A stretch of 64,000 bases of DNA from Candidatus Oxydemutatoraceae bacterium (lineage in GTDB: Bacteria; Pseudomonadota; Gammaproteobacteria; Poriferisulfidales; Oxydemutatoraceae), in the NCBI GenBank assembly GCA_965219575.1, contig OZ244779.1, forward strand, positions 1,868,769-1,932,768, read 5' to 3'. The position numbers and the translations under genes were made by a program. The notes beneath the pieces were generated by a model. It saw only the letters and a program-made list of their open reading frames with translations, did not search any database and had not been told where the DNA came from. Shown piece by piece: positions 49,325 through 58,248 of this stretch. Position 1 is the stretch's first letter, and every line of letters begins with the position of its first letter.

Positions 49325-52300
49325 TCACAAATCACAATTAACAACAACAAGCGGTAACTGGTTCTCCAGTGACGTACAGTAACTGGAACCTAAATTGTTG
49401 CGGCTCAAACCCACCCACTGCAGACTAGTTAAACCGCTAAAGATACCCTCGGGGAGCGTGCTTAGATCGTTGTCATGCAAATCCAACTCATCCAGCCTAG
49501 TTAAACCGCTAAAGATACCCTCGGGGAGCGTGCTTAGATCGTTGTTATACAAATCCAAATACCGCAGATTGGTTAAACCGCTAAAGATACCCTCTGGGAG
49601 CGTACTTAGCTCGTTGTCATACAAATCCAAATTCCGCAGACTAGTTAAACCGCTAAAGATACCCTCGGGGAGCGTACTTAGCTTGTTGTTATCCAACCTC
49701 AACTCATACAGCCTAGTTAAACCGCTAAAGATACCCTCGGGGAGCGTACTTAGCTTGTTGTTATCCAAACTCAACTCATACAGCCTAGTTAAACCGCTAA
49801 AGATACCCTCGGGGAGCGTACTTAGCTCGTTGCCATCCAAATCCAACCGCCCCAGACTAGTTAAACCGCTAAAGATACCCTCGGGGAGCGTGCTTATATC
49901 GTTTCCAGCCAAAATCAATTCATCCAGACTAGTTAAACCGCTAAAATCACCGGTCAATAAAGAAGATAATGAAGGAAATATCGACTCTTCATCAAGAAAC
50001 ATTCTTGTAATCGTAGCGAGGTCTTCCGCACTAATCTCGGCACAGTCGTCTTTGTCAACCCGTTGTTTGATTTCATCCCGCACCTGTGGTGTTCTATCGC
50101 ATACACCCAGTAGTTGCACAGCGATTGGTATTTCCTGATATTGCTGAATTACTCTACCGTATCGACTGTGTCCGGTATAGCGTAGCTTGTATTTGTCTTC
50201 TTCTATCTCTTGTGAGTCATCCACTCGGACGGTGTTTTCGTCAACTCTTATCAATCTAGGCGCACCTTCGGGTGGAACAACCGACCACATGCCCTGTTGG
50301 ATTTTGTTCCTCTCCCTACCAAACCATTGCCCCGGTGTAACCCGCACGGTATAGGTATTTTCGTCATTTCTACCTTGTCTCAGCTGCATTTCCGGTAGCG
50401 ATGTAATCGCACGACGCAAGTCAAATAATTCATACGATTCGGCGAAGGGGATAAGAATAGGTTCAAGATCCACATTTATGTTTGACGCAATTCCTAAACT
50501 TGAATCCAACCTCGTGAAGCGATAATCACTGCTGTCAATAGCTGCCTCTAAAGAAACACCACTCCCTCGCTCGAATATTCCCTCAACATCGCCATTGCCC
50601 TGCACATAAGGAATTAATTGAACATTCGTAAGAATGGAGGCGTAAAGCCCCAAGTCCAGTTGAGGAATCAGCGAAAACTTAACCATCATTCCGGCTGCTG
50701 TCTTAACCGTGATTTCGTATTCGCTGCTACTGTCGGCACTGCTGATAGGCACAAATCTACCGTTTTTGTATCTAAAACCTGCCCTTAATTTATAGGTTGA
50801 TTGAAATGTCTGGGCAATGTTCATCTCGGCCGATACTCCAGCCTCACCTCTTACCTTAAAGCCAAGCTCACCGTTAACCACAACCGGTATCGGTATTCCC
50901 AAAGTAGGTACAAATATGAGCCGATAGAAACTTTTCTTTTTACCTATTTCTTTTTCTCCATCTAGCGTATATCCGGATGCAGTAATTATTTCTAGTAGTA
51001 TGTCTAGATCTACATCGCCACCGACAACGACCTCGAGAGTTCCGTGTTTGGATGATTCTCGATCATAAGAGATTTTAATTTCAGGGTCAAAATCCAGATC
51101 CATATCGCCATGGAATCGCTGTTCGCCATCGGGTATTGAGGGTATCGGTATCGTCACCTCTCCTTGGAAGGAAAGATTCACAGGTTTATCGGAAGAAACA
51201 GCAATCGGCACCGTAATACTTCGCTCGCATGGATAGCCGAACAAAAGCTCCATTTTCCATTCATCGCGACTCTTATGCCGTTCGTAAGTTCGCCAGCGCA
51301 CACGATGTTCCACAATCCTTGCATCGGCACTTGCCGGTTTAGCTCTCACCGAAGCACCCTGCCTTCCCCGGCTCGTACCTCTTTGGGTGATGTCGTCTAT
51401 GGTCACCGAACACCGTTCGCTAAAGTTCTCGGGATATTCAACATAAACATCAAACGAGGCAACCTTGTTGACTTCGGCTGTCACATAAGGCGGATACCAA
51501 ACTTTTATGATGTCGCCGAATAGACCGAAAAAGCCTGTTGTGATAATGCGGATATTTTCATGTTCATAAGTCGCAGGAATATCCGGTTCGGACGGCTGTT
51601 GCTCCGAGCGTAGCCCTACCGCATCTTTGATGCTATCGAGTAGATCGTCGGTTTGGCTGAGCGGTTCGGACTGGCGTAGTCTAAAGCCGCTATCCGGCCA
51701 GTGCATCTCACGGATTTGCTCGCCGCCCTCGAAGATCGGTTGATACGGCCACACTTCGGACGGCGGAACCGACATCGGCGAGCGCAGTGCCGGGGAGAAC
51801 CGCCTGAGTTTGGTGTCCGCCGGCGGTGCCGGCTCGCCTCGTTGCTCGGCACGCACTTGTGCCGATTTCGCTGCCGCAATCGCCGCATCGTCGTCCACAT
51901 CCTCCAGTCTAACATTCATGTTCAAGCTGAGGTCTGAGAATACATCGGCCAGCGATGCCTGTTCGGTATAGAGTAGCATTTGGTCGCTACCGACGATTTC
52001 AATACGGGTAATCCTTCTCAGATAGCTGTCGTCTTGTCCCATCATGATCGCAACTTGTCCCACTTTCAGATCGTCGCGACGGTCTACGATAATCGTGCCG
52101 TCGGCGTTCAGTTCCGTATCAATCCGTATCAGCACCACCTCGTTTTGGGTGGACAATTTCGGCATCATCGACATCGTGCGTATCGATATCATCTCCGAGA
52201 GGCTACGGTTGCCTGCCTCGTCCAGTGCGGCAACATGCACATAGTAGGTCTGGCTGGTTTTGAGGTCATCGACATTGGCACTATAGATGCCCTGCACCAT

Positions 52301-54658
52301 CACCCGTTCGGTGTCTTTGCCGATCGTGGTTGCGGTGCTTTCGGAGACATGCACTTCGTAGACGATCTGCTCGGCAGCACTGCGGTCGTCGGTCGATGCC
52401 ATCCAATCCAGTGCAATGGCGGTCGTGGAAGAAGCATACGCAGACACGATGACCGGCGCAGTCGGGGGTGTTTCGTCGTTGCCGGTTGGTAGCGGCAACA
52501 TTATGCTCACCGCCGGGCTGACGGCACTCTCACCCTGCTCATTGACTGCACTCACCGCGTAGTAATAAAGTTGCCCTCGGATTAGCCCGGTGTGTACATA
52601 GCCGGTGCCGTAGATATCCGAGATGACTTGATCCGCTTGAGCGGCATTAATATCGGCAAAGCTGTTCCAATAAATCTTATACGAGGTTGCCCGATTTACC
52701 GGTCGCCAGCTGAGCGCAATGACATCGTCGCGTGCCTCAAGAATCAAATCGCGCGGCGGCGCAGGCGGCGAGGTTGCGGTGCTTCCGGTTCTGATATAGG
52801 TCGTTAGTTGCGTCGGGGTGCGCGCCGCTTGGGGAATCGCAGTCAGCGAACCGTCGGCATCACTGTAGACCAGCACCCGCTCCGTGTCTGCGTCTAAGAT
52901 CAGATGATACGGTGCTCGGACGGTGACCGGACTCAATAGAACGGTGCGGTTGCCGTTATCAAGGTCAACCTCGACTACAGCCCTCAAACCATTGTCCGCA
53001 ACATACGCCAAACCGGCATCGTCGTCCAGCACGACTGCAATCGGTTGATCGAACGAGGGGCCGGAACCTCTTTCCGGTATCACGCATATCGCTCGCACCA
53101 AACAGCCCGAAACGATGGCTCTCTCACCGGTCGTCGCATCCACCATGAGCAGTGCGTCCAGCTGGTCGTCTACGACGACGATACGCGTCGCAGAACTATT
53201 GATGCTCAACGCTTGCGGGTGTAGCATGACGGTGCCGTCTCCGATGTTGCGTTCCTCAACAGGACATAAATCGCTTGCCGTACATCCCGAAACTACACTG
53301 CGGTTGCCGTTCGTTAAATCTACTGCGATAAGTGCGCTCAAATAGGTATCGGTGATAATCAGGCGATTGCCGGCCTCGTCCAACACCGCATCGGTCGGTT
53401 GCGTTAACGGCACACCGCCGCCCACCCGGTATTGCCCCGACGGACAGCGGTTGACGATGTCGCACCCGGAAACCACACTGCGACTGCCGTCGGTCAAATC
53501 AACCGCAATCACCGCACGCAGAAAACTATCGACGATATACAACCTGTCGGTGCTGTCGCTATGCCCGACAAAGACCAAATCATGAATATCCACCTCGCCG
53601 ACCTGAGTGCCGGTATCCACCAGTTGTTGTCTCGAACCCGACGGGTTAACCGTCCATAGCGTGTGGTCGTCTCCCAATGCGTATAATGCCCCCGACTCGG
53701 ACAGCACCGTGTCTTGCACGCGCTCGGGCAGCGTAGGCAGTGTAGCACCTGAAACTATATTAGAAATACCGCCACTCAGCGCACCTTCTAAAAATACCCG
53801 CGCCCGTACTTTGATCGCCCCCGATCGCTTGCGGTATTGCACCTCGTAAGTGCCACGACACAGGTTGCCGTCGGCGCGTTGGTACGACCAGTACGCGCGC
53901 CCGTTGCCGTTATCGTTGTCGCTAAACTCGGCTCGCACGATCAGTGTGCGCGTGCCGTTAAATGCCAGGGCAGTACTGTATTGCCCGGTGAATATATAAG
54001 TGCTCGAGCTTATCGCTGCCGACAGCATCGCCGACAATCCGAAATCGTCGGTGAAACGATAACTTGCCGTGTTGCCTGCTTGGCTCATCTCAATTCGCTG
54101 TTCTCGCTCACGCACCGCAGCACACGACCCCGATACCACGGTCGATGTTGTGATAGACAGCCGGTAATTCCCGTTTATATCACGGCTCGGCATGTCGCTT
54201 AGATAATCGACATTGAAAGCCTCCGTACAGAGTGTTTGCGTATCGTCGCAATATCTAAAAGCAACCGTTCCGACAAGACCGATGCCTGCCGTCCCTCGTG
54301 CATTGATCATAGCAGAAGTTCTGATACCTAAAGCGGGTATGAAAACCTGTCTTTGCAACGGCAAAAATTCGTTTGCCAGACCATAGGGCGTTTCATCTAT
54401 GCGCCTGCTGATACCATTCTCCGTTATGTGGAGCGTCAGCGTCGTCGCTTGCGTGGCTTGCTCTCGGCTAGTCGCAATAAACGATAGTGTATAATTCCCT
54501 CCCCAGCGAAGTTCGGAAGGTGTAATCGACGGCGTGCCGAATACCAAAGCGGGTTGTGCAGCACCGATAACCGGCAAGCAACACAAGACAGATAAAGCGA
54601 TTGCTTGCCGAATGACCCGAGAGGTAAATAAACCCCACATTATTATATTTTTAAGCAT
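49325..54658 (-). CDS. Large secreted multidomain protein: signal peptide, NHL-like beta-propeller, two FN3 domains, unknown region, C-terminal LRR domain
   Basis: 1777 aa; FN3 motifs (LSW..Y.IYW..YYYAVSAVN..GES; LDW..YYVHVAALDEAGN); CDRTPQVRD..C N-cap; eight 24-aa LRRs LPEGIFSGLTxLxxLxLxxNxL. Confidence 0.88.
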   Translation of the reverse strand: MLKNIIMWGLFTSRVIRQAIALSVLCCLPVIGAAQPALVFGTPSITPSELRWGGNYTLSFIATSREQATQATTLTLHITENGISRRIDETPYGLANEFLPLQRQVFIPALGIRTSAMINARGTAGIGLVGTVAFRYCDDTQTLCTEAFNVDYLSDMPSRDINGNYRLSITTSTVVSGSCAAVREREQRIEMSQAGNTASYRFTDDFGLSAMLSAAISSSTYIFTGQYSTALAFNGTRTLIVRAEFSDNDNGNGRAYWSYQRADGNLCRGTYEVQYRKRSGAIKVRARVFLEGALSGGISNIVSGATLPTLPERVQDTVLSESGALYALGDDHTLWTVNPSGSRQQLVDTGTQVGEVDIHDLVFVGHSDSTDRLYIVDSFLRAVIAVDLTDGSRSVVSGCDIVNRCPSGQYRVGGGVPLTQPTDAVLDEAGNRLIITDTYLSALIAVDLTNGNRSVVSGCTASDLCPVEERNIGDGTVMLHPQALSINSSATRIVVVDDQLDALLMVDATTGERAIVSGCLVRAICVIPERGSGPSFDQPIAVVLDDDAGLAYVADNGLRAVVEVDLDNGNRTVLLSPVTVRAPYHLILDADTERVLVYSDADGSLTAIPQAARTPTQLTTYIRTGSTATSPPAPPRDLILEARDDVIALSWRPVNRATSYKIYWNSFADINAAQADQVISDIYGTGYVHTGLIRGQLYYYAVSAVNEQGESAVSPAVSIMLPLPTGNDETPPTAPVIVSAYASSTTAIALDWMASTDDRSAAEQIVYEVHVSESTATTIGKDTERVMVQGIYSANVDDLKTSQTYYVHVAALDEAGNRSLSEMISIRTMSMMPKLSTQNEVVLIRIDTELNADGTIIVDRRDDLKVGQVAIMMGQDDSYLRRITRIEIVGSDQMLLYTEQASLADVFSDLSLNMNVRLEDVDDDAAIAAAKSAQVRAEQRGEPAPPADTKLRRFSPALRSPMSVPPSEVWPYQPIFEGGEQIREMHWPDSGFRLRQSEPLSQTDDLLDSIKDAVGLRSEQQPSEPDIPATYEHENIRIITTGFFGLFGDIIKVWYPPYVTAEVNKVASFDVYVEYPENFSERCSVTIDDITQRGTSRGRQGASVRAKPASADARIVEHRVRWRTYERHKSRDEWKMELLFGYPCERSITVPIAVSSDKPVNLSFQGEVTIPIPSIPDGEQRFHGDMDLDFDPEIKISYDRESSKHGTLEVVVGGDVDLDILLEIITASGYTLDGEKEIGKKKSFYRLIFVPTLGIPIPVVVNGELGFKVRGEAGVSAEMNIAQTFQSTYKLRAGFRYKNGRFVPISSADSSSEYEITVKTAAGMMVKFSLIPQLDLGLYASILTNVQLIPYVQGNGDVEGIFERGSGVSLEAAIDSSDYRFTRLDSSLGIASNINVDLEPILIPFAESYELFDLRRAITSLPEMQLRQGRNDENTYTVRVTPGQWFGRERNKIQQGMWSVVPPEGAPRLIRVDENTVRVDDSQEIEEDKYKLRYTGHSRYGRVIQQYQEIPIAVQLLGVCDRTPQVRDEIKQRVDKDDCAEISAEDLATITRMFLDEESIFPSLSSLLTGDFSGLTSLDELILAGNDISTLPEGIFSGLTSLGRLDLDGNELSTLPEGIFSGLTRLYELSLDNNKLSTLPEGIFSGLTRLYELRLDNNKLSTLPEGIFSGLTSLRNLDLYDNELSTLPEGIFSGLTNLRYLDLYNNDLSTLPEGIFSGLTRLDELDLHDNDLSTLPEGIFSGLTSLQWVGLSRNNLGSSYCTSLENQLPLVVVNCDL
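49425..49945 (-). repeat. 72-bp LRR-coding tandem repeats
   Basis: 35-nt block CTAGTTAAACCGCTAAAGATACCCTCGGGGAGCGT at 49425, 49497, 49569 (variant), 49641, 49713, 49785 and 49857, partial at 49929. Confidence 0.95.
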
Positions 54659-54875
54659 GATGTTGAGGAGTGTTGGAATAAATTATATAGCAACCGAGCC
54701 TATCCGCAAATTTACGATTTAACCTATTGGTTCAAACGGTGGTTCTCACGCCTGCCACCCCTCTACAGGAGAGGAATAATACTTTTTCTATAGCCTCTAA
54801 TCTTCATACCAAAAGTGCCTAGTGCCTTGCAATAGGATATAATATGATTTTGTTAATATGAAGTAGTGAATAAAG

Positions 54876-55079
54876 ATGTCCGAGATAGCTATGTACAATG
54901 TATTGACAAAACTAGGTGCGACCCCTGAGGAAGCCGAGAAAGCCGTAGCCGATGTTGCTAGTACGAAAAATGTCGCAACTAAAACAGACATAGTGGAACT
55001 AAAAACAGAACTGAAGTATTTACGATGGCTAATTGTCGTCGTAGTCGGTATTGCAGTAGGACTTATCAAATATCTGTAA
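54876..55079 (+). CDS. Small membrane-anchored coiled-coil protein (DUF1640/CCDC90-like)
   Basis: L.KLGA..EEAE.AV head, VATKTDI neck, coiled coil, C-terminal TM helix. Confidence 0.65.
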   Translation: MSEIAMYNVLTKLGATPEEAEKAVADVASTKNVATKTDIVELKTELKYLRWLIVVVVGIAVGLIKYL

Positions 55080-55098
55080 TTTAATTTAAGCCATATGG

Positions 55099-55391
55099 GC
55101 CGTCCCGTCAGACGTAGCCTGCCACCTCTCCACAGGAGGGGAATGTACCAATACGATACTCGTGCAGATACTTTTGGGGCTGTTGAAAAAGTATTGGCAC
55201 TGCATAAATCCAACCGCTTGCGCCAACAAATAATGGTTTCCATAATATTAATGGGTAAACGCGTTAATCGTTCAAACATGATACGGTTTCGGGCGGACAT
55301 GTTAGTCCGCCCCTACGGTTGGTTTACAAATATTCATGGCGCAAGCGGTTGTGACCACCCCGTCAGGCTGCGCCTGCCACCCCTCCACAGG
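55099..55391 (-). repeat. Composite repeat cluster containing the unexpanded forms of the elements
   Basis: GGAG elements at 55099-55143 and 55354-55391; TIR 55176-55193; GTAG-REP 55291-55316; body is an inverted homolog of 40380-40545. Confidence 0.8.
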
Positions 55392-55408
55392 CGATGACTG
55401 GTTCGTCC

Positions 55409-56257
55409 CTACCGGTCGGGGGGTAGCGATAACTGCATCAATACCGCCGAGAACTCTCGCCAAAGATCGCCCGGTGTGCCGTCTCCTATTTGTTGTTCGT
55501 CGACACGGGTCACCGGTACTATGTTGCGCGTCGAACTCGTCAGCCAAATCTCGTCGGCATCCAGTAAGTCTGCACGAGTTAGTGCTTTTTCTTTACAGTC
55601 GACTTTTAACCGCAACGCTATTTCCATTACAACCTTGCGGGTAATCCCTCCCAATATCTTGTTATCGAGCGGCGGTGTCGATAAGCAACCCTCGGTTACG
55701 ATGAATAGGTTGCTCGAGGCACCCTCGGTCACATAACCTTCGTGTATCATGATCGCTTCGTGGCATCCGCGGCTTTCGGTTTGCATGCTGAGCATCACAT
55801 TTGCCAATAAATTGGTGGATTTGATATCACAACGGGCCCACCGTATGTCGTCGGTAGTTATAACACTTACACCGTTTTTGACCTTCTCTTCAAAACCCAC
55901 CCTTGCCGGCATGGTCATTGCAAATACCGTAGGGTGGATGTCGTTGCCGGGAACATGTAATCTAATCGGAGACTGCCCTCTACTGACTTGTAAGTAAATG
56001 GAGAGTTCGGACAATCCGCAACGGCTAATCAACTCGGAAAATATCGTTTTCCATTGTTCATCGGTTTGAGGATTATCGATGCTTATATTCTGTAGACTAC
56101 GATCGAGCCTACGCAGATGGTCGTCGCAACGGAAAATCGTGCCGTAGTATACCGGCAATACCTCGTACACACCGTCTCCGAATAGGAACCCTCTATCCAA
56201 AGGGCTGATAGTACACGCTTCGGCCGGTTGATACTTTCCGTTGAGATAAGCTATCAC
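55409..56257 (-). CDS. dat: D-amino acid aminotransferase (PLP fold IV)
   Basis: DRGFLFGDGVYEV, IKSTNLL, EGASSN, ILGGITR; downstream of dacA. Confidence 0.85.
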   Translation of the reverse strand: MIAYLNGKYQPAEACTISPLDRGFLFGDGVYEVLPVYYGTIFRCDDHLRRLDRSLQNISIDNPQTDEQWKTIFSELISRCGLSELSIYLQVSRGQSPIRLHVPGNDIHPTVFAMTMPARVGFEEKVKNGVSVITTDDIRWARCDIKSTNLLANVMLSMQTESRGCHEAIMIHEGYVTEGASSNLFIVTEGCLSTPPLDNKILGGITRKVVMEIALRLKVDCKEKALTRADLLDADEIWLTSSTRNIVPVTRVDEQQIGDGTPGDLWREFSAVLMQLSLPPDR

Positions 56258-57405
56258 TGAAATAGATGGATAACGCTATCCGATATACGTGTCCACAGAC
56301 CACCTTCGGCAATAGCGTATAAAGAAACCAATGTGCTTTGTTCTATCGTTTTACCGTCGAAAGATACTGCGACCGAACCCAGCCTTTGACCTTTTTGAAC
56401 CGGTGCGATAATATCCTCGTAGACCATGAGTTCGGTTTTGACATCGGTATTTTTAGTGCGCGGCAATGTGACATAGATGTCTGCAGGCACACCCAGTTCC
56501 AGTTGCTTTCGGTCACCTCCCCAAACCCGCACTTCGGTCAATGCTTTCTGCTTGTCGAACAACTTTGAAGTTTTATAAAAACGATAACCGTAGCGCAATA
56601 ATTCACTCGCTTCGTCGAAACGTTTTTGCCGACCGCTTCCCATAATCACTGCGATTAAACGCATACCGTCTTGTTGAGAGGACACCGCTACACAATAACC
56701 GGCCTTCCGTGTATACCCTGTTTTCAAACCGTCGACATTCATATTCCGCCATAATAACGAATTGCGATTGGGTTGCCGTATATCGTTATAGGTATAATCG
56801 GGTTCGGAATACATGGCATAGTGTTCGGGATAATCGCGTATCAGAACTTGGCTTAAGACGGCAATATCTCGCGAGCTCATATAGTGGTTATCATCGGAAA
56901 GTCCGGTCGAGTTGGTAAAATGCGATTCGCTCAAGCCGAGCTCTTGTGCTTTTTTATTCATTAAATCGGCAAATACCTCTTCGCTGCCCGCTACATGCTC
57001 CGCCAAAGCAACGCTGGCATCGTTGCCGGATTGTATCACCACGCCGGAGAGTAAATCGTCAACCGAAACCAGACTGTCCACCTCTATAAACATTCTGGAA
57101 CCTTCCAAGGCAGCCGCTGTTCTACTAATCGTGACTTTATCGTCTATATTAATCAGACCGTCTTCTATCGCTTGGTAGACGATATAGGCGGTCATCAGTT
57201 TGGTTATACTGGCCGGGTCTATCCTTTGATCCGCATTTTTTTCCGCTAAAACTTTGTTGCTATGGAAATCCATCAATATATAGTTGCGCGCCGCCAAAGC
57301 GGGTGCTTTGGGCACCCATTCGACGGCATACGAAAGCGACGATGCGAGTAGGGCTACAAAAAATAGTAGAACCGAGTTTATATTTTGAAGAGATAAATTT
57401 TTCAT
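56254..57405 (-). CDS. dacA: D-alanyl-D-alanine carboxypeptidase (PBP5/6)
   Basis: PASITK, SGN, KTG. Confidence 0.92.
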   Translation of the reverse strand: MKNLSLQNINSVLLFFVALLASSLSYAVEWVPKAPALAARNYILMDFHSNKVLAEKNADQRIDPASITKLMTAYIVYQAIEDGLINIDDKVTISRTAAALEGSRMFIEVDSLVSVDDLLSGVVIQSGNDASVALAEHVAGSEEVFADLMNKKAQELGLSESHFTNSTGLSDDNHYMSSRDIAVLSQVLIRDYPEHYAMYSEPDYTYNDIRQPNRNSLLWRNMNVDGLKTGYTRKAGYCVAVSSQQDGMRLIAVIMGSGRQKRFDEASELLRYGYRFYKTSKLFDKQKALTEVRVWGGDRKQLELGVPADIYVTLPRTKNTDVKTELMVYEDIIAPVQKGQRLGSVAVSFDGKTIEQSTLVSLYAIAEGGLWTRISDSVIHLFQ

Positions 57406-57407
57406 TT

Positions 57408-58247
57408 CTAAAATCTATGCAGAACTTGATAATCGTCAAAACCGTTGCGGACCAGTAGTTTGCCGACCGCGTTCAATTCGTGCCGTGTATTAAAAGGTCC
57501 TAAACGTACGTAGTGGATGTCGGTCGCACCGAGATGACTCGTTCGTCCGAGACTAGGAACCAAATTCTGTTGTTTTAACAAACGCACGGCCCTAGATGCA
57601 TTTTCTATCTCTTTATACGAACCTACTTGTATATAGCTGCGACGACGCTTGCTATCTAAGTTGGATACTTGGGTCTCGGGCTCGGAAACCGGCGCATCGA
57701 TTACTTCTATGGTGACGGGTGCCAAGCCCGCTTCGGTCATATCTATTTTTTTTGCTGCAGCATAAGAGAGATCTACAATACGCCCTTTCACAAAGGGACC
57801 GCGATCGTTGACTCTGACGATTACACTCTTTCCGTTATTATGGTTCAAAACTTTTATATACGAGGGCAACGGTAGGCTTTTATGCGCAGCCGTCATCCGA
57901 TACATATCGTAGACTTCCTGATTAGCGGTTAAACGACCGTGAAACTTTTTTCCGTACCAAGAAGCCAGTCCGTTTTCTCGATAACCTACCGCGACCGGTT
58001 TGATCCAGTAGCGGTTACCGTTAACCACATACGATTCTCCCTTGTTCTCGGGTATCGGGGCGGGTATATACTCGGGTATATACCTAAATGTCTTAGGCAA
58101 CGACACCGGAATTTTCCATTGATCCCTATGCGTGATATTCGGAGTTGAAGTGCTACATCCGACGAAAAGCGTTGCGACCATTGTCGTTATAGCGATCGTA
58201 TAGATACTCGGACGCACTCGGCTATGCATGATTTTGTTTATCGCCAA
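57408..58247 (-). CDS. rlpA: Septal lytic transglycosylase RlpA
   Basis: Lipobox, ASWYG..FHG, TAAH.SLP, NDRGP, C-terminal SPOR domain. Confidence 0.92.
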   Translation of the reverse strand: MAINKIMHSRVRPSIYTIAITTMVATLFVGCSTSTPNITHRDQWKIPVSLPKTFRYIPEYIPAPIPENKGESYVVNGNRYWIKPVAVGYRENGLASWYGKKFHGRLTANQEVYDMYRMTAAHKSLPLPSYIKVLNHNNGKSVIVRVNDRGPFVKGRIVDLSYAAAKKIDMTEAGLAPVTIEVIDAPVSEPETQVSNLDSKRRRSYIQVGSYKEIENASRAVRLLKQQNLVPSLGRTSHLGATDIHYVRLGPFNTRHELNAVGKLLVRNGFDDYQVLHRF

Positions 58248-58248
58248 T

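Noticed and set aside
49325-49327. Selenocysteine recoding of the TGA
   Set aside because: No convincing SECIS hairpin follows, and the position does not align with a cysteine.
49187-49460. Downstream cassette as a DGR template repeat
   Set aside because: Differences from the expressed C-terminus are not restricted to adenines, and there is no reverse transcriptase gene in the window.
49425-49945. 35-nt constant plus 37-nt variable periodicity as a CRISPR array
   Set aside because: The period is exactly 24 codons, the apparent spacers are similar to each other, and all units encode in-frame LRRs.
49395-50138. 247-aa plus-strand repetitive ORF
   Set aside because: It is the antisense shadow of the LRR repeats.
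49031-55400. Integrase-type genomic island at tmRNA
   Set aside because: I found no duplicated tmRNA 3' end (att site) and no integrase.
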